64,000 nt of DNA from Phoronis australis (lineage: Eukaryota > Animalia > Phoronida): positions 76,048 to 140,047 of the forward strand of contig NMRA01000357.1 of the NCBI GenBank assembly GCA_002633005.1. Reading direction: 5' to 3'. Of this stretch, positions 63,974 to 64,000 are shown one piece after another. Numbering within the stretch: position 1 is the first letter of the stretch; each line of letters begins with the position of its first letter. A program made the translations under genes and the position numbers. Under the pieces are notes generated by a model. That model had not been told where the DNA came from. It saw only the letters and a program-made list of their open reading frames with translations, and ran no database searches.

Positions 63974-64000
63974 GTTTTTGCTATTTTGACACTTGATGGA

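Overview
Eukaryotic, intron-rich, AT-rich invertebrate genomic DNA. It looks mollusc/lophotrochozoan-like (inferred from the defensin type and the repeat families) and comes from a draft assembly with N gaps. Splicing GT-AG exons by hand, with frame-consistent phases, gives four genes. (1) Ataxin-10 (ATXN10) is on the minus strand; its last exons lie beyond position 1. (2) HSD17B10 (3-hydroxyacyl-CoA dehydrogenase type 2, 260 aa) is on the plus strand, head-to-head with ATXN10, with only 218 bp between the two start codons. (3) A secreted CS-alpha/beta defensin (112 aa) is on the minus strand, with an extra cysteine and a second 4-Cys C-terminal module. (4) Nucleolin (about 610 aa, 14 exons, three RRMs, RGG tail) is on the plus strand. 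Three near-identical tandem duplications (about 2.5, 4.5 and 0.7 kb) each abut N bases and are probably uncollapsed haplotypes; they give a second ATXN10 exon and a partial second HSD17B10. The rest is minisatellites, MITEs, a Helentron-like family dense in CTCF-like motifs, and a decayed LINE. The most unusual items are the two-domain defensin, its possible spliced upstream ORF, and a long G-U-containing hairpin in nucleolin intron 1. No database searches or folding programs were run.
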